From Candidatus Moraniibacteriota bacterium (GTDB taxonomy: Bacteria > Patescibacteriota > Minisyncoccia > Moranbacterales > GCA-2747515): a DNA stretch of 64,000 nucleotides. The position numbers were made by a program, and so were the translations under genes. Numbering within the stretch: the first letter of the stretch is position 1; each line of letters opens with the position of its first letter. The stretch spans positions 1,170,912 to 1,234,911 of the forward strand of contig CP175956.1 in NCBI GenBank assembly GCA_046116545.1, written 5' to 3'. Of the stretch, positions 9,567 through 19,842 are shown piece after piece. The notes beneath the pieces were generated by a model. The model was not told where the DNA came from. It saw only the letters and a program-made list of their open reading frames with translations, and searched no databases.

Positions 9567-12500
9567 TTAATTGATTATAAACCAATCAACTTTCAAGTCT
9601 TCTAATCTTTCCTCCAACAACTTCACAACAAATGATTTTCCATCAATGATATCTTCTGCTGCCAAAGTTTGCTCAAGCGGAATTTTTGGACTAACAAACA
9701 CCCTACTATTCACATTAATAGACTCAGTTTCCACAATAACCTCAGTCTCACCAGCAACTATAGTAGCAGTTCCAATGGATGAAGCATTGATTTCGTTACC
9801 TTGTTCATCGTGTGTTGTTATATCGTCATTGATGTTCAATGTATTTGTTTCTATACTATTTACTTTTAAGTCATCTAATACAGTTAGACCTTCTATCGTG
9901 GTTATGAGTCTTGTAGTAGACATTGTATTATTATCTATTGTAAACAAGAATCTTTCATTTATGGCTAGAACTGTATCTGAATTTTTAGACACTGTACTTG
10001 CTAGATCTGACTGATATCCATCTAATTCATCCATTCTATCTTCTATTTCAGTTAGAGTTTCTGTTGCTAAAGTATTTGCATTTATTTGTAGTGACAGTAC
10101 CTCGTGCCTGTCATTAATTCCTCCTATGTCATCCTGAACTTGATTCAGGATCTCAGATGCATCATTTGTTTGTAATGACAAACCTAATTGTTTATCATTT
10201 AAATCTATAATTTGAGTATCAATTTCTGTTATCTTTTGTGGAGTTGGTAGGTTTGATATATCTATCAGATTTAGATTTGGTACTTCTTGTCCTGTTGTTA
10301 TATCTGTTATATATATTAGTTGTTGTCCTGTTAGTTTTTCTATCAATCTTACTGTTTTTGTCATATCTACATTTATTGATTTGTTGTCTTTTTCTGAGTA
10401 ATAGCTCCATGCTAATTCTTCACTTTCTCCTCCGGGTATAGTTGAGAAATTATGTGGAGATAGAGTTGTTGTATTTCCTGCTTCATCTCTTACTCTTAGT
10501 TCATGGGACCCACTTTGATCTACTGCAAACAGTTGTATCCCATTAACTATTGATGTTGTTGGAGCTATTGAGTTTGAGATTGTTAGGATATTATCTGCTG
10601 TTGTTCCGTAGTTACTTGATCCTATTCCTACGTTTCCTGATGTGTAGGCTATATTATTTCCTGTTTGGGTCCATGGAGAGTTTGTGGAGCCTCCTGAGGT
10701 TGAGCCTCGATCTAATTCTACCGCTTTAACACCTACAGAAAGACCTGCTGAATCTGCCTTCACCTGAGTTTTTTCTACAGGATGAAACCCTGTCTTATTA
10801 CCATAGTTAGTATTACTATTTGCTGTAAATAATTCATATGCAAATCCGTTTGCTGAAGGTGTACTATCATATGAGATACGCAAATAACCATTTGTACCAC
10901 CAAAGAGTACAGTTTCTGCTCGTGTTACTGGAATGATATTTGAATAATTTGGATAATTCCATGTTGTTGACATACTTGTTGTAAATAATGGACCTGTATC
11001 TTTTGCGAAATAAATTGTATCACCCTTCATTATAAATTGTTCAATATTACTTGAACTATCTGTTACTACATACCCAAGCCACCTATATGAAGTAAATCCA
11101 CTAGGTATATTTGTTGCATTTATATCTGTATCAAAACCTATGTCTGTTGTTCCATCATCTTTTTCTATTAGGAATACATAATACATTGTATCGTTTGCTA
11201 TTGTTCCACTGAATAGACCTCCTTGGTCATCTCCTTCTGAGAAGCTTGCATCTAATTGTTTTGTTAATCCTGTAGCTAATTCTAGATCTTTTAAATCTGT
11301 TTCATCTTTTGCGTATCCACTTGATACATATACATCATGGTCTGTATCTCCTGAGTCATTTGATAAGTTGAATCCGTATAGGAATCCTGGGGTGTACGAT
11401 GATGAGCTACTTCCTGATGATTCTTCTATTTTCCAGATTTTTAGGTCTGTGTATATTTCATATGGATTTCTATTAGAAGATCGTCCTTGTGCAGCAATAT
11501 TATCTGTGTAAAGAAGGAAATCAATTATTGTTTCTTCTGTAAAGGTTACTTTACCTGTAACAGTAGCATTATCATAATCAGCATATGTTGTACTTGCTGC
11601 TAAAAATGTGTTATCAATTTTTTGAATTTCTAAACGTGTTTTTCCTAAAGAACCAGTTCTAAAGGAAAGACCTGTACCTTCTAAATAATAGTCCCCCGCA
11701 GGTAGAGTGATTTGATTTGATGCAAGTGACGCACCTGCAATTTCATTTGTCATAACTGTATTTAATTGAAGTTGATTTTCACCCGTTGTAATTGTTTGTG
11801 GTGCAGTATTAGTTACTTTCTGATCCTGCACATGCATAAGATTCCAAGTTTGTCCTCCTCCAGATATACTTGAACTTCCACCTCCAATTAATGAACCAGA
11901 AAAGTTAGTCCAATAACCACCACTCATATTTTTATTTGCAGCATTATCATGATAAGCTCTTACTTCGAAATAATCTGTAGTTCCATTTGCATCAACAACA
12001 ACTGAAATTTTATTAGTACGATATGTACCCGTCAAATATCCATAATCACCTGTAACAACACTACCATTTTTATATATATACACTTGAGTTATATCACTAT
12101 CATTCAAATTTTCCCAACGAGTAGTAAAAGTTAATAAATATTTACCTTGAACTGTTGGAGTAAACTGCTCTGTTGTTAAATCAAAATCGTTATTTGTATC
12201 AAATTCCTCAGCATCCCAAGTTACTAAAGTATTTGTAGAACTTGGAATACTTTGGTCTACAGTGTTTTTATTTATACTAAATGATGAAGTGTTTCCAACT
12301 ACACCATCAGCACATTCCCAGTCACTACTCGCTTCATTATATGAAAGAGTTTGTCCATCTGTACATGTTGGTAATGATGATGATTCTGAACTTCCTGCGT
12401 ATTCGTATATTATAACTACACCATCGCTACCTGCTGATGCAGATCTAATGGTTGAACCATCATAACATCCTCCACCCCCACCAGAACCATAGCCTATACT

Positions 12501-15500
12501 TGTTTCAGCATTTTTTCCATTCTGTGCACTTTTAGCATTTTCAAATCCTAAAAATGATAATCCTCCATCTCCAGCTGGACAAGCTTGATAATTTGATAAT
12601 TCTTTTCCTCGTGAACCTGTGTTATTTATGTCACCACCGACTCCACTACCTGGAGCATCAGATACTGCCAATCTATTTCCTTTACCTCCACCAGTTGCTG
12701 ATACATGTGTATCAAATGATGTATCAGTACCACTAGTATTTACAACACCACCAGCACCTACAGTAACTGGAACACTTGTAATTGATGATACATCTATTAT
12801 TTTTTCTGCATAACCAGCACCACTACCTCCTCCACCTCCATAGTTTTCTTCATAGGCTTTTCCTCCTCCACCTCCACCAATAACCTGAACACGAATAGTT
12901 TCAATTCCTGCTGGTTTTGTCCATGTATGTGCTCCTGCTATATCAAATGTTTGGATTGACTTTATTCCACCTCCGCCTGAACTACTAACACCAGCACTAA
13001 CAATACTACTATCATCAGATGTAACTTCTGATATTCTTACACGTGTACTAAATTTTTCATCTGTTGTTCCACGACTTCCATTAATTAATAAAGTGCCATC
13101 ATATGATTTATGTCTGAATTTAAATTGAATATCAAAATCACCGGTTACACTACCTAATTCTGCACGTGTCATTCGTATCATTCCTGAATGTGTTTCTATG
13201 TCAGTAGCACCGTTAGACATCGCCAATTGATAACCAGAATTACCGATTGCAGTCCATGCACCACCATTAAGACTATACTCTAAATAAAGATATCCTCCAC
13301 CCCAACTAGTAGAAGCATTACGTGCAGGAATATTATAATCTAAATCAACATCAAAGCCATCACGAATTGTGACTGTATCCCATGTTTTACCATCAGTTAT
13401 TGCTGTGGTAAATGATCTATCAATATTATCATATTGCACAAATGAATGTGGAATTATACTTGTTCCACTTGAACTTCCTGTAGCAAAAGCTCCCCACTGC
13501 GTTCCATTACAAAACTCCATGACTTTTGTAGTGTCATTGTATCTCATTGCACCTTCTTTGTTTACATCACATGCATCTGTATCATTTGTTAGAGTTATTG
13601 ATCCTGTTAAGTTTATTGGTGTTGAAAACTCTATTTCATTTGATATTGTATTATATGATATTACTGCTTCATTTCCATCTTCTCCTATATGTAATGATGA
13701 TGGTCCTAGGTATAGATCTCTAAATCTATTTGTTGAAGATCCTAGGTCGTATGTATCATCTGTATCTGGTCCTATATGTCCTGCTACTTGTAGTGTGAAG
13801 TTATCTGGTGTTGTTGTTCCTATTCCTATATTTCCTGTGTCGTAGTATGCGTCTGAACCATTTGCTGTCCATAGGGATGAACTTGAACTTGATGAACCAC
13901 TTGATCCAACTGTTACATGTGCTGTACCTGTGAATACTGATGCTGCTAATGTATATTCATTTATATCATCTCCTGATGAACCTACTATAAATACTTTTGT
14001 TCCATCGTTGTTAAATGCTATTCCTGACACTACACCTTCTTGTGCTGATAAACTATATGTTCCTATATGACCTTCTGAATCTATATCAAATGGCCTTGCT
14101 AATGAATATTCATTAATTTCATCTCCATTTTGACCTACTATATACATTCTTTTTCCTCCTGGGCTAAATTCTATACCATTTGGATTTGCTTCTTCTACAC
14201 TAACTGATGATTGTTGTATAAAAGCTGCTGTTGTAACATCAAATGGTGTTGATAATGTGTATTCACCCACATCAATGCCAGTGCTACCAACAACAAACAT
14301 TTTTGTTCCATCATTATTAAATATCACATCATCTGGACCTGTGTCTTCTGTTGCTACTGAAAATCTGTCTGTATATGTAGCTGTTGATACATCAAATGCA
14401 GTTGACAATGTATATTGATTTACATCATCACCTGTGGTACCTATTACATACATGCTTGTTCCATCAGGATTAAATGTAAATCCCGTTGGAGATATTTCTT
14501 GTGTTGCAACTGAAAAACTATCTACAAAAGTTATTGTTGATGCGTCATATGGTGTTGATAGTGTATATTCATTTATATCATCACCTACACCTCCTAGAAT
14601 GAATAATTTTGTTCCATCATTGTTAAATTCTATATCTAATACAGTTGTATCTTGTGCTGTTAAACTCGTTGCATCCACAAAGCTCATAGTACTCAGATCA
14701 TACCCTGTTGCTACTGACTTTATGTCTAATGTAGTATTTGGAGCTATTACTCTTGTTATTTTATCTTTTGGATCTATATATTCTATTGTAATTCCGTCTT
14801 CTATTATTTCTATATGACCTTGAGTCATATCTGTTGTATCAATCATTACTGACATTGCCTCTGTTCCGTCTAAACTATCTAGTGCATTCCAAATTTCTGC
14901 TGTTGTAAAGATATGATTTATTCCTGAAGTCCCCCCAGAACTCCCAGCAGAAGAAGAACTTATTGTTACAGTTTGTGTTCCTGGTGATTTTTTAACTATT
15001 GTTAGAGTTTGATCTCCTAATCCTGTTGTTTGATATACAGTATAATCATCTGTTACATTTTTTTGTGCGTATCCTGTTGCATCAACACTAACATCTATTC
15101 TTTTTAGATTTGGGTTTTGTGTATCAGATGTTGAATAGAAAGTTGATGATAGATCAAAAGTTGTTTGATCTATTGCAAAGGATCCTGATGATTCCCAATC
15201 TGCATCAGATATTGATTCTAATGTTGTAGAGTTCATTTGATTCATTACTCCACTTTCTACTGCTTTTGATATTGCACTATTTGCATTATCTTCTATGCCT
15301 ACTGTACTCCAAGTATCTACGTTATCTCTGAAATACCAAGTTCCATCAGTTCCTCCATGAACTGATGCTTCTTTACTTGCAATGTATCTCCATGCTGAAC
15401 CAGTCCATACTTTGAAAGTATGTCTATTATTGAAACTTACCCCGTAGAATATTGATTGAGAGTTTAGGTTTTCTAATACACTTACTGAGTTTATATCTGT

Positions 15501-18500
15501 CCAATTTGCGCTATCTAAACCATCTTGGTTTGTTATTGTTGTTACGTATGCTCCTGTGTAGTTTCCTAGGGTTTTTTCGTAGAAGGTCATTTCTGAAATA
15601 TCTGTATAACTAGCATCACCATTATTTGCAGTAATATTTAATCTATAATATCTATATGCTGTATTATTAGTAAATCCTGAGTAATTTCTTTTTTCGTTAG
15701 ATAACCAATTCATTTCAGCTGAACGCACATCTAAAACAGTCCAAGTATTTGCATCATTACTTCCTTCAAATGTCCAATCTTTTGGTAATCTTGCTACAGT
15801 AATACCTTGAACAGAATACTCATAAACAATTGCTTCATTTCCTGATCCTAAATCATATTGAATGTGTGCAGCGCCACCCGGAGTACTTAACCATTGTGTT
15901 GAAGTGTTATCATCAAAGGCTCTACTTGGCACATAAGTAGCATAAGCTGAACTTGCCGTAGCAGCACCCCCAGTAGCAATATCACTAACATATTTAACAC
16001 TAGTAGCCTGTCCCAATGTATGAGCTGCATTACTTCCATCGAAGTATGTTCCATATATATTATCTACATCATATATTCCTAATTCTATTTCATTATCATT
16101 TGTGATATGTACTGATTCATTTGCTGTTCCATCTCCTGTTACATCTGTAATTGTGAACCACGCATCTTCCATTTTAAATCTTGATCCTACTCTTACTTTA
16201 TCTGCTGTATTTCCACTTCCTATTGATACTGCTGTATCTGATACGTCTTCGAAGTGTCCTTTGTTGTTGTGTTGGTCTGCGAAGAATTCTAATTCTGAAA
16301 TATCTGTATAACTAGCATCACCATTATTAGCAGTAATATTTAATCTGAAATATCTGTATGCCGTATCATTAATAAATCCTGAGTAATTTCTTTTTTCATT
16401 AGCTATCCAACCCATCTCAGCTGAACGCACATCTAATGCAGTCCAAGTATTTGCATCATTACTTCCTTCAAATGTCCAATCCTTTGGAGCTCTTGTTACA
16501 GAAGTGCTTCGAACAGAATATTCAGAAACAATAGCTTCATTTCCTGATCCTAAATCATATTGAATCTGTGCAGCGCCACCTGGAGTACTTAACCATTGAG
16601 TTGACGTATTATCATCAAAGGCTCTACTTGGTGGATAAGAAGCATGATGAGCACTTGATGTAACAGCCCCACCCGTAGCCAAATCAGGACCAGTACCTCC
16701 ACCAGTATCAACTAAGTCAACTTGAAATTGAGTTATGTTTTCTTTTAAATCTTCTTGTGTATAATTATCTTCTGAATTGTAATTTATGTTTTGTATTTTA
16801 TCAGTTTCTGTTTGTTCTTCTGTAATACTTACAATTGCTGAACCTGATACTGTTGTTGATTCTCCTTGTGCTAGAGTTACTTGAGTTTGAGTTACTCCAC
16901 TTCCTGATGTTCCTGTTGATAATCCTCCCCATATAGTTCCATTACAAAACTCCATGACTTTTGAAGTGTCATTGTATCTCATTGCACCTTCTTTTGTTAC
17001 GTCACAAGCTGATGCGTCATTATTGAGAGTTATACTTCCTCCTATAGCTAGATTGTTTCCATCGTATGTGAAGTTTGAGTTTTGAGTTATTGCATTTCCT
17101 GCACTATTTGTGAATTGTATTTGATTTGCACTTAGGCTTGCTGGTGTATCTGTTAGTCCTGTATATGTTGAAGTTCCTCCACTTGATGTTAGAGAGTTCC
17201 ATACTGAACCATCGTATCCTTCTAGATCTGTTCCACTCCATCTTATCATTCCTGCTACTGCATTTGTACTTGTTCCAAATACTGCTGCTTTATCAAAGTT
17301 GAAAGCTTCGTTTATTGTATCGTAACTTATTATTCCTTCATTTCCGTTTTCTCCTATATGTAGAGAGTTTGGTCCTAGGTATAGGTCTCTGAATCTATTT
17401 GTACTACTTCCTAGGTCGTATGTATCATCTGCATCTGGTCCTATATGTCCTGCTACTTGTAGTTTGAAGTTTGTTGGAGTATTTGTTCCTATTCCAATAT
17501 TACCGTTACTATTTAGAATAGTAAACAAACTAGATGAAAATAAATCAGTAGTACTTGCACCACCACCTCTAGTAATTACAAAATCATTCCCCAAAAGTCC
17601 TTGTTGCCAAGCAGTTTGACCGCCTCTATGAAAAGACAAGTATGGAACATTCCCATCATCAGTGGAACTATTTGAATAAATTTCTTGAAAAGCAAATGTA
17701 CCATTTCCAATTTGATTTTTCATTGTTGAACCTGAATATGCACTTTCTACTTCTAATTTACTATTTGGTACCATTGTTCCTATGCCAATACTTCCTGCAA
17801 AATAATTTTTTGCAGTACTATTTTTTTGATATACTCCATATTTATTTATAACATTTGCTCCACCATCTAGATTATCAAGAAAAATTGCATATGAATTTGT
17901 AATTGTTCCTGTCGGATTGATTGTATTAGAGCCCACTCTACTCCATATACCATACTGTTCATTTAGAGCTCCTTGAAAATTTGAATCATTCGTAAAACCT
18001 TGAACACCTAATCCAATTCTATATCCCGAGTCTAAAACACCTGCCGCTATTGGCAAATCATAACCTGTGATATCTACAACTTTATAATGATTTGTTCCAC
18101 TAGCTATAACATCTGGATATGTTTCACCTATGTCTAATGTATTTGCTATTGGAGGATTTACCGCTATCCCAATTGAATCATAACTTGCATCTATACTAAA
18201 TAGATTCAAAATGTTTTCTCCTTCAATTCTAAAGTTATTATCTCCACCTTCTTCATTAAAAATCGCACTTCCTCTAACATCCAACATTGCATTTGGACTA
18301 TCCGTCCCAATCCCAACTCTCCCATTAACAGTATCAACAAAAAAATCATTTGAATTAACTGTAAAGTCATCTCCCAGAGTTAATCCTCCAGTTTTATTTT
18401 GAATTGAGTTTGAAGTATTTAAATAGTAATCTTCTGTTTGTCCATTAAACCTATGTGAGTTTAAAGCAAAACCTGTTGGAGTTATTTTTCTTCTTGGAGT

Positions 18501-18872
18501 CATCTCTGAATTTGAGTTTATTGTTACTCCTAGGTAATAGTTTGAATCAAAAGTTATATCTAATACATTATCTCCACTTTCTCCTAGAGTTGTACTAAAT
18601 ATCCCATTTGTTATTGTTAAAGTTTTTGAAGTTGGAGTTCCACATGTTCCTCTACTAGTCCATAGACATGTTCCTCCTGATTCTGCATCATATATTGTTA
18701 ATGTGAAATCATAATCTCCATCTGATACTGCTACGTTATTAGTATCTGTTAGTTTTCCATGATATGTTAGTTCACTGTCTGGTGCAGCTTGTGTAATTGA
18801 AAAATTAAGAATTATTGCTAACGCAATTATTCCTAATATGTAAGTTAATTTGTTTTTGAAAGTTTTTTTCAT
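9567..18872 (-). CDS. Giant (3101 aa) secreted multidomain surface protein with phage tail-fibre-like motifs, two discoidin (F5/8 type C)-like domains, a Gly-rich domain and beta-propeller-like repeats
   Basis: Single uninterrupted 9.3-kb ORF; signal peptide; recurrent VGIGT..P..L.V.G and DLGSS.NRFRDLYLG motifs; duplicated SRAFDDNTSTQWLS...YRYFRLNITAN discoidin-like domains; GGGGGG-rich block; 6 tandem repeats of about 48 aa. Confidence 0.8.
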   Translation of the reverse strand: MKKTFKNKLTYILGIIALAIILNFSITQAAPDSELTYHGKLTDTNNVAVSDGDYDFTLTIYDAESGGTCLWTSRGTCGTPTSKTLTITNGIFSTTLGESGDNVLDITFDSNYYLGVTINSNSEMTPRRKITPTGFALNSHRFNGQTEDYYLNTSNSIQNKTGGLTLGDDFTVNSNDFFVDTVNGRVGIGTDSPNAMLDVRGSAIFNEEGGDNNFRIEGENILNLFSIDASYDSIGIAVNPPIANTLDIGETYPDVIASGTNHYKVVDITGYDLPIAAGVLDSGYRIGLGVQGFTNDSNFQGALNEQYGIWSRVGSNTINPTGTITNSYAIFLDNLDGGANVINKYGVYQKNSTAKNYFAGSIGIGTMVPNSKLEVESAYSGSTMKNQIGNGTFAFQEIYSNSSTDDGNVPYLSFHRGGQTAWQQGLLGNDFVITRGGGASTTDLFSSSLFTILNSNGNIGIGTNTPTNFKLQVAGHIGPDADDTYDLGSSTNRFRDLYLGPNSLHIGENGNEGIISYDTINEAFNFDKAAVFGTSTNAVAGMIRWSGTDLEGYDGSVWNSLTSSGGTSTYTGLTDTPASLSANQIQFTNSAGNAITQNSNFTYDGNNLAIGGSITLNNDASACDVTKEGAMRYNDTSKVMEFCNGTIWGGLSTGTSGSGVTQTQVTLAQGESTTVSGSAIVSITEEQTETDKIQNINYNSEDNYTQEDLKENITQFQVDLVDTGGGTGPDLATGGAVTSSAHHASYPPSRAFDDNTSTQWLSTPGGAAQIQYDLGSGNEAIVSEYSVRSTSVTRAPKDWTFEGSNDANTWTALDVRSAEMGWIANEKRNYSGFINDTAYRYFRLNITANNGDASYTDISELEFFADQHNNKGHFEDVSDTAVSIGSGNTADKVRVGSRFKMEDAWFTITDVTGDGTANESVHITNDNEIELGIYDVDNIYGTYFDGSNAAHTLGQATSVKYVSDIATGGAATASSAYATYVPSRAFDDNTSTQWLSTPGGAAHIQYDLGSGNEAIVYEYSVQGITVARLPKDWTFEGSNDANTWTVLDVRSAEMNWLSNEKRNYSGFTNNTAYRYYRLNITANNGDASYTDISEMTFYEKTLGNYTGAYVTTITNQDGLDSANWTDINSVSVLENLNSQSIFYGVSFNNRHTFKVWTGSAWRYIASKEASVHGGTDGTWYFRDNVDTWSTVGIEDNANSAISKAVESGVMNQMNSTTLESISDADWESSGSFAIDQTTFDLSSTFYSTSDTQNPNLKRIDVSVDATGYAQKNVTDDYTVYQTTGLGDQTLTIVKKSPGTQTVTISSSSAGSSGGTSGINHIFTTAEIWNALDSLDGTEAMSVMIDTTDMTQGHIEIIEDGITIEYIDPKDKITRVIAPNTTLDIKSVATGYDLSTMSFVDATSLTAQDTTVLDIEFNNDGTKLFILGGVGDDINEYTLSTPYDASTITFVDSFSVATQEISPTGFTFNPDGTSMYVIGTTGDDVNQYTLSTAFDVSTATYTDRFSVATEDTGPDDVIFNNDGTKMFVVGSTGIDVGEYTLSTPFDVTTAAFIQQSSVSVEEANPNGIEFSPGGKRMYIVGQNGDEINEYSLARPFDIDSEGHIGTYSLSAQEGVVSGIAFNNDGTKVFIVGSSGDDINEYTLAASVFTGTAHVTVGSSGSSSSSSSLWTANGSDAYYDTGNIGIGTTTPDNFTLQVAGHIGPDTDDTYDLGSSTNRFRDLYLGPSSLHIGEDGNEAVISYNTISNEIEFSTPINLTGSITLTNDTDACDVNKEGAMRYNDTTKVMEFCNGTQWGAFATGSSSGTSIIPHSFVQYDNIDRSFTTAITDGKTWDTVTIRDGFDVDLDYNIPARNASTSWGGGYLYLEYSLNGGAWTAIGNSGYQLAMSNGATDIETHSGMIRMTRAELGSVTGDFDIQFKFRHKSYDGTLLINGSRGTTDEKFSTRVRISEVTSDDSSIVSAGVSSSGGGGIKSIQTFDIAGAHTWTKPAGIETIRVQVIGGGGGGKAYEENYGGGGGSGAGYAEKIIDVSSITSVPVTVGAGGVVNTSGTDTSFDTHVSATGGGKGNRLAVSDAPGSGVGGDINNTGSRGKELSNYQACPAGDGGLSFLGFENAKSAQNGKNAETSIGYGSGGGGGCYDGSTIRSASAGSDGVVIIYEYAGSSESSSLPTCTDGQTLSYNEASSDWECADGVVGNTSSFSINKNTVDQSIPSSTNTLVTWDAEEFDTNNDFDLTTEQFTPTVQGKYLLTFTTRWENLNDSDITQVYIYKNGSVVTGDYGYLTGTYRTNKISVVVDANGTTDYFEVRAYHDNAANKNMSGGYWTNFSGSLIGGGSSSISGGGQTWNLMHVQDQKVTNTAPQTITTGENQLQLNTVMTNEIAGASLASNQITLPAGDYYLEGTGLSFRTGSLGKTRLEIQKIDNTFLAASTTYADYDNATVTGKVTFTEETIIDFLLYTDNIAAQGRSSNRNPYEIYTDLKIWKIEESSGSSSSSYTPGFLYGFNLSNDSGDTDHDVYVSSGYAKDETDLKDLELATGLTKQLDASFSEGDDQGGLFSGTIANDTMYYVFLIEKDDGTTDIGFDTDINATNIPSGFTSYRWLGYVVTDSSSNIEQFIMKGDTIYFAKDTGPLFTTSMSTTWNYPNYSNIIPVTRAETVLFGGTNGYLRISYDSTPSANGFAYELFTANSNTNYGNKTGFHPVEKTQVKADSAGLSVGVKAVELDRGSTSGGSTNSPWTQTGNNIAYTSGNVGIGSSNYGTTADNILTISNSIAPTTSIVNGIQLFAVDQSGSHELRVRDEAGNTTTLSPHNFSTIPGGESEELAWSYYSEKDNKSINVDMTKTVRLIEKLTGQQLIYITDITTGQEVPNLNLIDISNLPTPQKITEIDTQIIDLNDKQLGLSLQTNDASEILNQVQDDIGGINDRHEVLSLQINANTLATETLTEIEDRMDELDGYQSDLASTVSKNSDTVLAINERFLFTIDNNTMSTTRLITTIEGLTVLDDLKVNSIETNTLNINDDITTHDEQGNEINASSIGTATIVAGETEVIVETESINVNSRVFVSPKIPLEQTLAAEDIIDGKSFVVKLLEERLEDLKVDWFIIN
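13870..14770. repeat. Coding tandem repeats (about 144-nt period, 6 copies) inside the giant gene
   Basis: Encodes repeated FNNDGTK.F..G..GDDINEYTLS units. Confidence 0.6.
15595..15928. repeat. Direct repeat copy 1 (about 334 bp, about 90% identical to copy 2) inside the giant gene
   Basis: Nucleotide-level near-identity seen by eye; encodes a duplicated discoidin-like domain. Confidence 0.8.
16297..16631. repeat. Direct repeat copy 2 inside the giant gene
   Basis: See copy 1. Confidence 0.8.
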
Positions 18873-19102
18873 TTTTTGTGTTTATTGTATCCCCTGTTCT
18901 CTCGTATTTACTAAGTTTTTAGTGTTTTTTATTATTTTCTTTTGTTTGTTTATGTAGGGTTATTATATCATATTGTTTATTTCTTGTCTTGTTTTGTTTG
19001 TATGGGTTTTTAAAACTGTTTGTTTTATTGACAAAATAGCCAAAATGGTGTATAAAGTAGACAAGTCGCAATCATGTTTATTTTACAAAAAGGAGTTTTA
19101 AA

Positions 19103-19753
19103 TTGGAAAAAACTATTAAAGTTGGTGGAATAATTCAATTGACACTAGATGGCAGGCCCCCAAGGCAAGCTACTGGTAAAATGACAATTTTAAATGAGCT
19201 TATAGGTTACCTATATTGTTTTTTAGGTGGTAGCGTATACCCTGGTAATAAACCGCAAACAACCAAAACTCTTGCCAAGATGTTAGTAAATGCTCAATTA
19301 TATGATAATCACAATAATTTATGCTTTTCCTTTCCAAAAAAAATTAGGCAGAAATTTGATTTGAATCAATGTTATTCAATATCATTGATAAAAGGGGATG
19401 TTTTTGGATTTTATTGTAAAGATTTACTTCCAAAAGCAAAACTATCCTGCATGATAAAAATTGATGCTTTTGGAAAAGAACAAAAATATGCCTTTCGCCG
19501 TATTCAACGAATAATTGTGAATTCGGAGCATTTTCTTAAATCTGTCACCATACAAAGAATTGATGATGGATTTATAACGACAATTAAATCGAGAATGGAA
19601 GGCATAGACGATATAACCATTGAATCACAAAAAGATTTATTATCGGCTATATACGAATTACAAAAAATATTAATTCCACTTACAAAAGAGGAAAAAAAGC
19701 GCAAACAAGAACGTGAGGAAGCATTGAAGAAATTACATCCTCAAAAAAATTAA
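19103..19753 (+). CDS. Hypothetical protein with Lys/Glu-rich C-terminus
   Basis: 216-aa ORF followed by a strong terminator; no recognisable motif. Confidence 0.45.
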   Translation: MEKTIKVGGIIQLTLDGRPPRQATGKMTILNELIGYLYCFLGGSVYPGNKPQTTKTLAKMLVNAQLYDNHNNLCFSFPKKIRQKFDLNQCYSISLIKGDVFGFYCKDLLPKAKLSCMIKIDAFGKEQKYAFRRIQRIIVNSEHFLKSVTIQRIDDGFITTIKSRMEGIDDITIESQKDLLSAIYELQKILIPLTKEEKKRKQEREEALKKLHPQKN

Positions 19754-19774
19754 TTTGACGTAGCTATTTACCCA

Positions 19775-19806
19775 GGAACAGATGTATTCATCTGTTCCTT
19801 TTTTCT
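19775..19806 (+). terminator. Intrinsic terminator
   Basis: 10-bp stem ggaacagatg/catctgttcc, 4-nt loop, then ttttttctttt. Confidence 0.55.
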
Positions 19807-19842
19807 TTTACAAAATCACTTTTTGCATGTACAATCCAAATT

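Noticed and set aside
13870-14770. Regularly spaced repeats, considered as possible CRISPR arrays
   Set aside because: All periodic repeats here (13.9-14.8 kb, 25.8-27.0 kb, 43.9-44.9 kb) are in-frame coding repeats of about 144-190 nt with divergent copies. None has a short identical-repeat plus unique-spacer structure, and no cas genes are present
9571-18402. Several + strand ORFs of 60-160 aa inside the giant gene (for example 9571-10014, 13369-13845, 14434-14817)
   Set aside because: They lie antisense within an uninterrupted 9.3-kb minus-strand ORF that has coherent domain structure. They are low-complexity frames typical of antisense repeats
9567-18872. A prophage, suggested by the tail-fibre-like motifs
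   Set aside because: There are no capsid, portal, terminase, integrase or lysis cassette genes nearby. The motifs are embedded in a secreted cellular giant protein
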